Shown: positions 9,900 to 19,436, numbered from the stretch's first letter. The stretch is DNA of 51,832 nucleotides from an uncultured Clostridia bacterium (GCA_947165945.1 CAMVCF010000004.1:1-51832); one strand, 5' to 3'. Numbers and translations are program-made. Notes: generated from the letters alone by a model not told the origin.

Positions 9900-9928
9900 A
9901 TTTTATAATATATTTAAGAATTTGTCAA
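9900..9928 (-). promoter_or_regulatory. SigA promoter of the MerR gene
   Basis: TTGACA-N17-TAAAAT. Confidence 0.7.
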
Positions 9929-9946
9929 ACTTCCTCCTTCATAATG

Positions 9947-9977
9947 AATATATCACTCCTGTTAAGTGGAGAGTCAA
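9947..9977 (-). promoter_or_regulatory. MerR-type (19-bp spacer) promoter/operator
   Basis: TTGACT-CTCC-acttaaca-GGAG-tga-TATATT: a 19-bp spacer containing a CTCC/GGAG dyad, resembling the B. subtilis bmr promoter. Confidence 0.7.
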
Positions 9978-10606
9978 TAGGATATAAAATTTTTATTTAT
10001 TTTTTTCATAATTTCTTCTTCACTTTTCTTTAAATTGCTTAAACGTTTACGATTAGCTACAGCAGTGTCTAATATTCTAGAAGCAATTTCTAACCCACCA
10101 TATTTATGAAAAGATATAGCTATGTTACGTTGTATTTCAAATGGTAAAATCATATATATACTTCCTGATGTTAGCCAATATCTAAGCTCAAAATTATATG
10201 GATTATTAATTATTTTTTTTATAAGTATGGGATTTGTATAATTTGCATTTACAGTATCAAAGTCTTTAATTAAAGAAATATAATTTAGTTTATCACCAAT
10301 TTCATAATAATACAAAAATCTACCTTTTTGTTTAACCATTTTTTCTAAATTTAAAATTTGCTTTACTAACCATCCACTTCTAAATAACATTAAATCTTCA
10401 TCTTTTATTGTTCCATTTGCTATTTTTCTGCTTACTTCATCAAAAAAAGCAACCAAAAAGAACTTGTTACCACTATATGTTAAAACATCAATCATCTTAT
10501 TTTTATCATTTATTATTTTAGTAATATCCCCTAGTTTTTTTACTTTAAGAGTTAACTCTTCATAATTTTCAAATGGTTCTTTAATATAATTATATTTATT
10601 ATTCAT
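9974..10606 (-). CDS. Hypothetical protein
   Basis: 210-aa ORF with GGAG SD, coupled to the upstream methyltransferase; no recognisable family. Confidence 0.7.
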   Translation of the reverse strand: MNNKYNYIKEPFENYEELTLKVKKLGDITKIINDKNKMIDVLTYSGNKFFLVAFFDEVSRKIANGTIKDEDLMLFRSGWLVKQILNLEKMVKQKGRFLYYYEIGDKLNYISLIKDFDTVNANYTNPILIKKIINNPYNFELRYWLTSGSIYMILPFEIQRNIAISFHKYGGLEIASRILDTAVANRKRLSNLKKSEEEIMKKINKNFISY

Positions 10607-10608
10607 TT

Positions 10609-11328
10609 TTATTCTCCAAAAATTTTTTTAATTTCAGCTCGATAACTTCCATCTTTTTTATGAATATAAAGTCCATCAAGAATTTTTACTCCTTCATGTC
10701 CTCCCTTTACTGCTTTAATCATAAATAATTTAGATTCCATTCCTCTACTTGGATAAATAAACTCTATTGATTTAGGTATCAAATTATATTTATTTAATAA
10801 ACTTATTATTTCGATTAATCTTTCGGTTCTATGGACCATATAAAAAGAAGCATTTGTCTTTAATAAATAATTAACTATTTTAAATAAACTATCTAAATTT
10901 AAATTGTTTTCATGCCTTGCTATTGCTTTTATTTGATTTTTGTTTTTTATAGATTTTTCATAGTCTTTAAAATATGGAGGATTTACAGTTATTATATCAA
11001 ACATATCTCCTTTAAAGACATTTTTTAAATTTAAAACATCTTCATTTAGGAGAGTTATTTGATCTTCTTTATTATTAATGATTATGCTTTCTCTACCTAA
11101 TTCATATACTTCTTTTTGCACTTCTACTCCATATATATGAGCATTTGTTTTTTTAGATAAAATTAAAGGAATAGGACAATTTCCTGAACACAAATCTAAA
11201 ATCATTTTATCTCTTAAATTAATTGTAACAAAATCAGGAAGTAATACACTTTCTAAAGAAAATTTAAAAAAATCATCATCTTGATAAATCTTTAAATGTT
11301 TACCTACTATATCATTTAAAACTTTCAT
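10609..11328 (-). CDS. tRNA1(Val) A37 N6-methyltransferase (YabB/TrmN6-like)
   Basis: LDLCSGN SAM motif, VNPPYF, IARHE, VHRTERL; follows ricT as yabB does in Bacillus. Confidence 0.88.
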   Translation of the reverse strand: MKVLNDIVGKHLKIYQDDDFFKFSLESVLLPDFVTINLRDKMILDLCSGNCPIPLILSKKTNAHIYGVEVQKEVYELGRESIIINNKEDQITLLNEDVLNLKNVFKGDMFDIITVNPPYFKDYEKSIKNKNQIKAIARHENNLNLDSLFKIVNYLLKTNASFYMVHRTERLIEIISLLNKYNLIPKSIEFIYPSRGMESKLFMIKAVKGGHEGVKILDGLYIHKKDGSYRAEIKKIFGE

Positions 11329-12104
11329 TATAATACTATTACTTCCTTTGAGTTTTCATTTTCAATAGTTACTTCTCTTTTTAAAATATTAATATCTACA
11401 ACTTTATAATTTACATTTTTATATTCAAATTCATCTCCAACTTCAGGAAGTCCTTTCTTTATTTTTGAATATATTTCATCCTCATATGAAAGACAACAAA
11501 GAAGTCTTCCACATACTCCATTTATTTTAGTTGGATTAAGTGCCAAATTTTGATTCTTAGCCATATTAATAGTAACACTATTTAGATCAGTTAAAAAAGA
11601 ATTACAACACAAAAATCTTCCACAAGGACCAAGTCCTCCAATTTCTTTAGCTTTATCTCTAATTCCAATTTGCCTTAATTCAATTCTAGTTTTATAAATT
11701 GAAGCAAGACGTTTAGCAAGTTCTCGAAAATCAATTCTTGCATCAGCAATGAAGTTAAAAAGTAATTGTTTTCTGTCAAATGTATAACTAGCATCTAAAA
11801 TTTTCATATTTAAACCTAATTCATCCACTAAGTACTTTGCTCTTTCATATGCATATTCACTATCTTTTAAATTTTTAGAATGTTGTTTTAAATCATTTTT
11901 AGATGCAATTCTAACAATACTTTTTAATGGACTAACTAAACTATTTTCTTCAATTTCTTTATTTTCTTTTACAACCATTCCAAGTTGTAATCCTCTTTCA
12001 GTTTCAACAATAACTTGCATATTTAAATCAACATTAAATCCATTTTTATCAAAGTAATACATTCTTCCTTTTTCAGTAAATTTTACTCCACATACACTTA
12101 TCAT
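11328..12104 (-). CDS. ricT: RicT/YaaT (PSP1 domain) protein
   Basis: VIVETERG, RIDFRELAK, RIELRQIG, GPCGRFLCC, GVCGRLLCCL.YE. Confidence 0.93.
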   Translation of the reverse strand: MISVCGVKFTEKGRMYYFDKNGFNVDLNMQVIVETERGLQLGMVVKENKEIEENSLVSPLKSIVRIASKNDLKQHSKNLKDSEYAYERAKYLVDELGLNMKILDASYTFDRKQLLFNFIADARIDFRELAKRLASIYKTRIELRQIGIRDKAKEIGGLGPCGRFLCCNSFLTDLNSVTINMAKNQNLALNPTKINGVCGRLLCCLSYEDEIYSKIKKGLPEVGDEFEYKNVNYKVVDINILKREVTIENENSKEVIVL

Positions 12105-12976
12105 TCTATTACCTCACCTGTTTCTATTAAAAAACGATCCATAAATAAATTTAAATTTAAATTCATAACGTTTATAAGTTTATTTTTATACTTTACAATT
12201 TTTTCTAAATAAAATACTATTTTATCAACAGAAATATCCCCCAAACTTGATTCTATTATATCACAAAAGTTAGAATTTAAAATAACTTTATTTTGATACT
12301 TTAAATGAATTAAAGAATCAAGTATAACTTCCATTAAGTTAAAGGCTAATATAATATTATCACGTGTCTCATAATATTTAAAAAATTTTTGTTTTAAATA
12401 TGGTATTGCTTCTTCCTTTTTTTTATCTATAAGACTTAAAAAATTAGTAATATTTCTTATATCATCTTCATTATATGATCCTTGATTATTTCCTTTTAAA
12501 CATATTAGAATACAGCGAGATAAAATTGTTGGTAAAATTTGTTTTCGATTAGTTGTAATAAGTATTCCATAAATACCAGGTAGAGGTTCTTCTATAAATT
12601 TTAATAGAGAATTAGATGCACTTGGATTCATTTTATCAGCATTCTTAATAATATAAACTTGATTAGTGTTGTTAAATGATTTTAAACTTAAACTTTTTTG
12701 AAGCTCTAATACTTGTTCTTTTTTTATCATAGATCCATCAACATCAATTACTTTTAAATCAGAATAAGCATTTTGAGAAATTAAATGACAAATATTACAA
12801 TCACCACATTTTTTATTATTAGTAAAATGATTTTGGCAAATAATCATTTTACTAAATGCCAAAATCTCTGGAAAACTTTCTTCTATATTATTTACTTCAA
12901 AAAGATATGCATGATAATATTTTTTTAAATTAATCGCATAATCATAAAAATTACTATCTTTAAAATCATCTAGCAT
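12101..12976 (-). CDS. holB: DNA polymerase III delta' subunit
   Basis: HAYLF, C..CGDCNIC zinc motif, NSLLKFIEEP, LPTILSRC; syntenic with ricT. Confidence 0.9.
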   Translation of the reverse strand: MLDDFKDSNFYDYAINLKKYYHAYLFEVNNIEESFPEILAFSKMIICQNHFTNNKKCGDCNICHLISQNAYSDLKVIDVDGSMIKKEQVLELQKSLSLKSFNNTNQVYIIKNADKMNPSASNSLLKFIEEPLPGIYGILITTNRKQILPTILSRCILICLKGNNQGSYNEDDIRNITNFLSLIDKKKEEAIPYLKQKFFKYYETRDNIILAFNLMEVILDSLIHLKYQNKVILNSNFCDIIESSLGDISVDKIVFYLEKIVKYKNKLINVMNLNLNLFMDRFLIETGEVIE

Positions 12977-12984
12977 ATTATCAC

Positions 12985-13170
12985 CTACAATCCAATTATT
13001 TTTAATGCAATAAGTCCTATAAGTCCAGGAATATCAAAAATTCCTACAGTAAATATGGTATAAAGATTTATTGGAACCGTTATATTAAATATTTGAGCAA
13101 TTAAATTATAAGCATATAACAAAAATCCTCCCAATATAAATCTTTTTATAATTTTTAAAATAAATTTCAT
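12985..13170 (-). CDS. bofA: Pro-sigmaK processing inhibitor BofA
   Basis: Small two-TM protein with LYAYNL...VPINLYT...GIFDIPG, directly after recR as in Bacillus and Clostridium. Confidence 0.8.
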   Translation of the reverse strand: MKFILKIIKRFILGGFLLYAYNLIAQIFNITVPINLYTIFTVGIFDIPGLIGLIALKIIGL

Positions 13171-13185
13171 ATAATCACCTATAAA

Positions 13186-13215
13186 ACTTTATGAAATTTA
13201 CTTTAATTTTTATGA
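13186..13215 (-). promoter_or_regulatory. Putative SigE promoter of bofA
   Basis: TCATA-N17-CATAAAGT matches SigE consensus ATA-N16/18-CATAcanT; bofA is SigE-dependent in B. subtilis. Confidence 0.55.
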
Positions 13216-13806
13216 TATTTTTTTTCGATTATCAAATGCTTTTTCAAGTGTTATAGGATCAATATATTCCATATCAGCTCCCATTGGAATTCCTGATGCT
13301 AAACGTGATACTTCTATATTCATACCACTTAAAACATTGTTAATATATAAAGCTGTCATTTCTCCTTCTAAACACGGTTTAACTGCAATTATTACTTCTT
13401 TAAAGTTACCATCATCTATTCTCTTAATAAGTTTATCAATCCTTATATCTTCAGGATTTACTCCATCAAGAGTTTCTATAAGTCCATTTAAAACATGATA
13501 ATAGCCATTAAATGTTCCTAGTTTTTCAATTGAAATAACTGTTTTAGGATCTTCAACGACACACAAATAATCTTTATTTCGTGAATAATCATTGCAAATA
13601 TAGCAAACTTCATCTTCCGATATATGATTACAAATCTTACAACGTTTTATTTTAAGTTTTGCATTTTTTATACTATCAGATAAAAATTCAGTTTGAACAT
13701 TATCCATACCTAACACGTGAAAGGCCATTCTTTCAGCTGTTTTTTCTCCTACTCCAGGAAAATATTTGAAAGCTTCAATTAAATTACTAATACTTTTAGG
13801 ATACAT
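13210..13806 (-). CDS. recR: Recombination mediator RecR
   Basis: PGVGEKTAER, CxxC...CxxC, CVVED, YHVL, EGEMTA, RLASGIPMG. Confidence 0.97.
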   Translation of the reverse strand: MYPKSISNLIEAFKYFPGVGEKTAERMAFHVLGMDNVQTEFLSDSIKNAKLKIKRCKICNHISEDEVCYICNDYSRNKDYLCVVEDPKTVISIEKLGTFNGYYHVLNGLIETLDGVNPEDIRIDKLIKRIDDGNFKEVIIAVKPCLEGEMTALYINNVLSGMNIEVSRLASGIPMGADMEYIDPITLEKAFDNRKKIS

Positions 13807-13808
13807 AC

Positions 13809-14108
13809 TTAAAATAATCCTGGCATCATATTGGAATATTTTCCCATTTTCTTTTCTGTTTCACGATCTACTTGCTTAAAACAATCATTTAAAGCTACTT
13901 GCACCATTTCTTCTAATATTTCAATATCACTTATATCAAAATCAGAGTCAACATTTATTTTTACATCTAAAACTTCTTTTTTACCATTTACTTTAACAGT
14001 TACAAAAGAACTTGTAGCACTAAACTCCATTTTATCAATTTCATCTTTTACTTTCATCATATCTTTTTGTAAATTTTGAGCTTGTTTTAGTATTGCTTGC
14101 ATATTCAT
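13809..14108 (-). CDS. ybaB: YbaB/EbfC nucleoid-associated protein
   Basis: MNMQAILKQAQNLQ, VTVKVNG, C-terminal MPGLF; lies between dnaX and recR. Confidence 0.92.
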   Translation of the reverse strand: MNMQAILKQAQNLQKDMMKVKDEIDKMEFSATSSFVTVKVNGKKEVLDVKINVDSDFDISDIEILEEMVQVALNDCFKQVDRETEKKMGKYSNMMPGLF

Positions 14109-14119
14109 AATAATCTCTC

Positions 14120-15817
14120 CTATTCTATTTCTACAATATCTGTTCCAAAAACGTCAATTGCTTTATCAACTAAATTAGTATAACTTAAATTTTCCTTTTT
14201 TGCAATCTCTTCTGAATAGCTAATAAGATCTTCTGATTCTTTTTTATATTCATAGTAACTTGAATCATTTATGTGTGTTTTATAATTAATTACTTCTTCT
14301 TTGAATTCATTTTCAGTAATTACTACAACTTTATATTCACATCCCATAATCTTATTTATTAATTCACTTATTTTTTCAAAATCCTGATAAACACTATCAA
14401 CTATTGACTCATATTTTGCTGTTAAGATAATATTTTGATTACTAACAACACCAACACTACAATCTTTTAGAAGACCGGCAGCATAAGAATAATCTTCAGA
14501 TACTAAATAATCATCTAACTTTAGCCACTTTTCTAAAGCATTATTTTTTAAAAGTTTACTGGCCATTCCAAAAGTATTATTAATTCTTATTCTCTTGATG
14601 TCTAAATTTATCGTATATTTTTTAATTGTTTTATCTAAATTTTTGTTAATATTTCCCAATTGAGAATCTTTATTTTCAACGTTTTTTGATGGTATTTCCC
14701 GAGAAATACTTGAACGTCCCTCTTTTTTTGTTTGTATCAAATTAGCTTGTTTTATTTCTTTTAAATCTTTATTATTTTCTTCTATATTACTTGTATTCAT
14801 GAACTTTAAAAGTTTTACTTCAACAATTATTTTTCTATTTACCGCTTCTTTTAGTAAATTATAAGTTTCATTTAAACACATAATCAAATTGAAAAGATCC
14901 TTTGGATTTATTTCTTTTGATTTAGTATAGTACTCAACCATCAAGTCACGACATTCTTGCATAAGATTTTCTAATAATTTAGAATAATCAATTCCAAGCT
15001 CTTCAAATTTTGATAAAGAGTTTAACACTTTTTCATTTTCTTTATTCAATATTTCTTGAATAAAATTATCCATATCTATCTTAGAAATTAATCCATTGAT
15101 TCTTAAAAAATCTTCTCTAGTTATTTTTTTTAAAGAATAAGATGCAAGTTTATCTAAAAGTCCTAAGGCATCACGCATTCCACCTTCAGAATATTCAGCT
15201 ATTTCATGAAGTGCATCATCTTCAATATCTATATTTTCAAGTTCTGATATTTGTTTTAATCTTTTTTCTATACTACTTGTTTTAATTCTTGTAAAACTTA
15301 GACATTGACATCTTGAAATAATAGTCTCTGGTACTTTATAAAACTCTGTTGTTGCTAAAATAAATATTACATGACTAGGTGGTTCCTCTAAAGTTTTTAA
15401 TAAAGCATTAAAAGCACTAATAGACAACATATGAACTTCATCTATAATATAAACTTTATATTTTAATTTATTAGGTACTAAATTAATTTTACTTTTAAGT
15501 TCTCTTATTTCATCTACACCATTGTTACTTGCGGCATCTATTTCAATAATATCTGGACTATTATTTAAAATATCAAGACAATTTTCACATTTTCCACATA
15601 TTGAAAAATCATCATTTATGTTTAAACAGTTAACAGTTTTCGCAACTAGTTTGGCAATAGTTGTTTTACCTGTACCTCTAGGTCCTGAAAATAAATACGC
15701 ATGTGAAATATGTCCATCTTTAATTGAATTAGTAATAATTTTTAAAGTACTTTCTTGATCAACTACATCACTAAACTTTTGAGGACGATACTTTCGATAT
15801 AAAGCTTGATATTCCAT
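14120..15817 (-). CDS. dnaX: DNA polymerase III gamma/tau subunit
   Basis: YQALYRKYRP, GPRGTGKTT, EIDAASNNGVD, DEVHML, NALLKTLEEPP, SRC. Confidence 0.98.
   Translation of the reverse strand: MEYQALYRKYRPQKFSDVVDQESTLKIITNSIKDGHISHAYLFSGPRGTGKTTIAKLVAKTVNCLNINDDFSICGKCENCLDILNNSPDIIEIDAASNNGVDEIRELKSKINLVPNKLKYKVYIIDEVHMLSISAFNALLKTLEEPPSHVIFILATTEFYKVPETIISRCQCLSFTRIKTSSIEKRLKQISELENIDIEDDALHEIAEYSEGGMRDALGLLDKLASYSLKKITREDFLRINGLISKIDMDNFIQEILNKENEKVLNSLSKFEELGIDYSKLLENLMQECRDLMVEYYTKSKEINPKDLFNLIMCLNETYNLLKEAVNRKIIVEVKLLKFMNTSNIEENNKDLKEIKQANLIQTKKEGRSSISREIPSKNVENKDSQLGNINKNLDKTIKKYTINLDIKRIRINNTFGMASKLLKNNALEKWLKLDDYLVSEDYSYAAGLLKDCSVGVVSNQNIILTAKYESIVDSVYQDFEKISELINKIMGCEYKVVVITENEFKEEVINYKTHINDSSYYEYKKESEDLISYSEEIAKKENLSYTNLVDKAIDVFGTDIVEIE
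14692..14709. promoter_or_regulatory. Noc-binding site (NBS) within the dnaX linker
   Basis: GTATTTCCCGAGAAATAC has 1 mismatch to NBS TATTTCCCGGGAAATA, and the palindrome extends 1 bp further on each side. Confidence 0.75.
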
Positions 15818-15901
15818 AACATCACCTTCATTTCATATAAATATTATACTATAAAAAAAGAATTCATGTTTAAGAATTTACCATTTTTAACAGATATTTT
15901 T

Positions 15902-16354
15902 CTATAATCTTTTCTCTTTAAAAAAGTTACTTAAAATACTTTTACATTCGTTTTCAAGTATTCCTTCAATAACTTCTATTTTTGGACTTGTTGCATTTCC
16001 CTTAAAAATTAAATCAACGATCTCTTTATTAATTTTATCAGTTGTTGGTGTTCCTATTACTATTTTCTTTATTCTTGATTGAAGAATAGCGCTTGCACAC
16101 ATAGGACAAGGAAATAAGGTTATGTACATAACAGTGTTGGAAAGTCTCCAATCTTTTAATTTTCTACTAGCTTTTTTTATTGCAATTAATTCCGCATGTT
16201 TTAAAATGTCATTACTTGATTCCCTTATATTATGACCTTTAAAAATTACTTTATCATCTAAAACAATAATTGCTCCAACAGGCACTTCCCCTTTTTTATA
16301 AGCTTTTTTGGCCTCTTTTAAAGCTAAAGTCATATATTGTTCATCTTTACTCAT
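15902..16354 (-). CDS. tadA: tRNA adenosine(34) deaminase
   Basis: GEVPVGA, HAE, PCPMC. Start set to the ATG at 16354 because the ORF-track extension overlaps the SRP RNA. Confidence 0.9.
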   Translation of the reverse strand: MSKDEQYMTLALKEAKKAYKKGEVPVGAIIVLDDKVIFKGHNIRESSNDILKHAELIAIKKASRKLKDWRLSNTVMYITLFPCPMCASAILQSRIKKIVIGTPTTDKINKEIVDLIFKGNATSPKIEVIEGILENECKSILSNFFKEKRL

Positions 16355-16375
16355 ATAATCACATCCATTAAAAAA

Positions 16376-16446
16376 GTGCACATAAGAGATAAATGTTAAG
16401 GCTGCTATCTTCCGATCCTGACCTGGTTCCACGTCTCTTATTGCAC
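16376..16446 (-). ncRNA. ffs: Signal recognition particle RNA (small, S-domain only, about 71 nt)
   Basis: GTGCA-ATAAGAGA...CCAGGTCAGGATCGGAAGATAGCAGC...TCTCTTAT-GTGCAC: helix-8 motif CAGG/GGAA/AGCA with paired ends and a T-tract; located next to tadA-dnaX. Confidence 0.93.
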
Positions 16447-16452
16447 GTATAT

Positions 16453-16481
16453 ATAATACTATATTTTGTTTCTTAAGACAA
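16453..16481 (-). promoter_or_regulatory. SigA promoter of ffs
   Basis: TTGTCT-N17-TATTAT ending 6 nt before the RNA start. Confidence 0.7.
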
Positions 16482-16562
16482 GCTTTTTTTAATTAATTTT
16501 AATAAATTAAAATTAAAGATATTAATTAAACAAAAAAATATGTCAAATTTGCATAAAGTATC

Positions 16563-16593
16563 TTGACAAAGGCCTAATGATAACTGTTATAAT
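16563..16593 (+). promoter_or_regulatory. Orphan promoter-like element
   Basis: TTGACA-N19-TATAAT with extended TG; no plus-strand ORF downstream. Confidence 0.5.
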
Positions 16594-16608
16594 GTATATA
16601 GATTTTAC

Positions 16609-16642
16609 CTAATGTTAACATCACCGGTTATGTTTACATTAG
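16609..16642. repeat. 34-bp imperfect palindrome
   Basis: CTAATGTTAACATCACC-GGTTATGTTTACATTAG, with 2 mismatched pairs. Confidence 0.85.
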
Positions 16643-16725
16643 TTTCTTGAAAAACGAATTTATTATTTATTTATATTAAAACCATTATAAAACAAGGATT
16701 TTAGATAAAAAAAAGATACTGAATA

Positions 16726-19425
16726 TTATTTTTGTTCAGTATCTTTTACTTCATTCTCATCTATTTCTTCGAATTTTTCTAAAGAAACATTTTCGTCATT
16801 TTCAACTACTTGATCAGTATTTTCTAAAGAAATTTTAGTTTGTTCATTGTTTTCTTCAGTCTTTTCAACAATTGTTACAGTTGCAACTTTATGTTCTCCT
16901 TTAGTATTAATTAATTTAACACCTTGAGTATTACGACTTAGACTATTTACTTGCTCTAAAGATATACGAATAATAATACCAGATTCAGTGATCATTATTG
17001 CATCTTCATCACCTTTAACAGCACTAAATGCTACTAAGTTACCATTCTTTTCAGTAATCTTTAACGCTTTAACACCTTTAGAACCACGTCTTGTTAATCT
17101 ATATTCTTCTATAGCTGATTTCTTACCATAACCTTTCTCAGTTACAACCAATACTTCTTCTCCACTATTTATGATATCTCCGCCAACTACAGTTTGATTG
17201 TTATCTAAGAATATACCCTTAACACCAGATGCTGCTCTTCCCATTACACGAACGCCATCTTCTTTAAATCTTACCATTCGTCCATCACTTGATCCAATAA
17301 TTATTTCATTGTTTCCTGTTGTTTTACGAACAGATATTAAATCATCATCATCTCTTAGATTAATAGCATTTTTACCATTACTGCGAATATTCTCAAATTC
17401 TTCTAACTTAGTACGTTTAACAACTCCAAGTTTTGTTACAAACAATAAATATTTAGCTTCTTCATCTTTAGCTTTAACAGAAATAATTGATGTTATTTGT
17501 TCGTCTTTTTCAATTGGTAATAAATTAATTATTGGAAGTCCTTTGCCGGTTCTTGAATATTCAGGAACCTCATATCCTTTCATACGATATACTCTTCCCT
17601 TATTACTAAAGAAGAAGATATAATCGTGAGTTTCCATATTAATCATACGAGTGGCAAAATCTTCTTCTGATGTAGACATTCCTTTAATACCAACTCCACC
17701 TCTATTTTGAGTTCTATATTCAGATACTCTCACGCGTTTAACATATCCTTTGTTTGTTAAAGTTATTAAAATATTTTCAACCGGAATTAATGCTTCATCT
17801 TCAATAGAGGAAATTGCCGTCATATCGATGTGAGTTCTTCGATCGTCACCATACTTTTTCTTAATTTCTAACATCTCTTCTTTAATAATAGCATCAACTC
17901 TTTCAGGTTTATTTAAAATATCCTTAAAGTCAGCAATCTTAATTTCTAATTCTGATAACTCAGCTTCTACTTTTCCTCTTTCTAAACCAGTTAAACGACG
18001 AAGTCTCATCTCAAGAATACTATTTGATTGAATTTCATCAAGATTAAAGCGTTCCATCAACTTTTGTCTTGCTTCTTCATCACTTTCAGCACTTCTTATA
18101 ATATGAACAACTTCATCTATATTATCAAGAGCAATTTTTAATCCCTCTAAAATATGAACTCTTTCTTCAGCTTTTTTTAAATCATACTTGGTGCGTCTTA
18201 CAATAACACTTCTTTGATGATCAATATATTTAGAAATAATATCCTTAAGTCCAAGGGTTTTAGGAGTTAAACCATCAAGCATTAAGAATATAATTCCGTA
18301 ATTAACTTGAAAATTAGTATGTTTATATAAGTTATTAAGTACCACTTGAGGATTTGCATCTCTTTTTAAAGTTATAGTAATTTTTACACCATCTTTTAAA
18401 TCTGTATGATAATCACTTATTCCTTCTATTACCTTATTATGAACAAGTTCTGCAACTTTGTTCTTTAATTCCATTGTATTAACTCCATATGGAACTTCGG
18501 TAACAATAATTTCGGAGTGATTTCCTTTTTCAATTATTTCAGCTTTACTTCTAATTGTAATACTACCTCGCCCTGTTTCATAAGCTCCTCTTATTCCAGA
18601 ATTTCCAAGAATTATACCTCCAGTTGGGAAATCTGGTCCTTTTATATATTGCATTAATCCTGTTGTATCTATTTCTGGATTATCAATATAAGCAACACAT
18701 CCATCTATTACTTCACCTAAGTTGTGTGGTGGAATATTAGTTGCCATACCTACAGCAATTCCCATTGAACCATTTACTAAAATATTGGGAAATCTTGATG
18801 GAAGTACTTTTGGTTCCTTTTGAGTCTCATCAAAGTTCATATCCATATCAACAGTTTCTTTACCAATATCTCTAAGCAACTCTAAGGAAATTCTTGCAAG
18901 TCGCGCTTCTGTATAACGATATGCTGCTGCTCCATCTCCTTCAATGTTACCAAAGTTTCCATGACCATCCACTAACATATATCTTTGATTAAAATCTTGA
19001 GCAAGTCTAACCATTGCTTCATAAATACTGGAATCTCCATGTGGATGATAATGTCCCATAACATATCCAACTGTTGTTGCTGACTTTCTATGTGGTTTAT
19101 CTGGGGTATTTCCCTCTTCATACATTGACCATAAAATACGTCTATGAACTGGTTTTAATCCATCACGAAGATCTGGAATAGCACGAGATGTAATAACACT
19201 CATTGAATAATCAAGAAATGAATCTCTTACTTCTTTTACAATATCATTTTTATCATGACTATCATATTCATGAAATGTTCCACCATAATCATTTTCTTTT
19301 TTTTCTAAAACTACTTCATTATTATCAGAGGTACTTGACGTTTCAACTATTGAACTTTGCTCTTGTCCTTGATTATTATCTTCTAAATTAGTATTTTCTA
19401 ATTCAATATTATCACCATTTTCCAT
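16726..19425 (-). CDS. gyrA: DNA gyrase subunit A
   Basis: [29 protein letters not shown] (catalytic Tyr), GyrA-box QNRGGVG, beta-pinwheel repeats. Confidence 0.98.
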   Translation of the reverse strand: MENGDNIELENTNLEDNNQGQEQSSIVETSSTSDNNEVVLEKKENDYGGTFHEYDSHDKNDIVKEVRDSFLDYSMSVITSRAIPDLRDGLKPVHRRILWSMYEEGNTPDKPHRKSATTVGYVMGHYHPHGDSSIYEAMVRLAQDFNQRYMLVDGHGNFGNIEGDGAAAYRYTEARLARISLELLRDIGKETVDMDMNFDETQKEPKVLPSRFPNILVNGSMGIAVGMATNIPPHNLGEVIDGCVAYIDNPEIDTTGLMQYIKGPDFPTGGIILGNSGIRGAYETGRGSITIRSKAEIIEKGNHSEIIVTEVPYGVNTMELKNKVAELVHNKVIEGISDYHTDLKDGVKITITLKRDANPQVVLNNLYKHTNFQVNYGIIFLMLDGLTPKTLGLKDIISKYIDHQRSVIVRRTKYDLKKAEERVHILEGLKIALDNIDEVVHIIRSAESDEEARQKLMERFNLDEIQSNSILEMRLRRLTGLERGKVEAELSELEIKIADFKDILNKPERVDAIIKEEMLEIKKKYGDDRRTHIDMTAISSIEDEALIPVENILITLTNKGYVKRVRVSEYRTQNRGGVGIKGMSTSEEDFATRMINMETHDYIFFFSNKGRVYRMKGYEVPEYSRTGKGLPIINLLPIEKDEQITSIISVKAKDEEAKYLLFVTKLGVVKRTKLEEFENIRSNGKNAINLRDDDDLISVRKTTGNNEIIIGSSDGRMVRFKEDGVRVMGRAASGVKGIFLDNNQTVVGGDIINSGEEVLVVTEKGYGKKSAIEEYRLTRRGSKGVKALKITEKNGNLVAFSAVKGDEDAIMITESGIIIRISLEQVNSLSRNTQGVKLINTKGEHKVATVTIVEKTEENNEQTKISLENTDQVVENDENVSLEKFEEIDENEVKDTEQK

Positions 19426-19436
19426 TATTTACCTCC

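Noticed and set aside
13709-13724. parS-like CCTAACACGTGAAAGG in recR, plus half-sites near 13857 and 40068
   Set aside because: About 5 mismatches to the 16-bp parS consensus; half-sites alone are not sufficient.
16355-16432. N-terminal extension of TadA in the ORF track
   Set aside because: It runs through the SRP RNA; the ATG at 16354 gives a normal-length protein.
16582-16642. dif/Xer-like site (ATAATGTATA; TTATGTTTAC arm)
   Set aside because: The arms and 6-bp spacer do not fit the 11-6-11 dif layout, and dif is expected at the terminus rather than near oriC.
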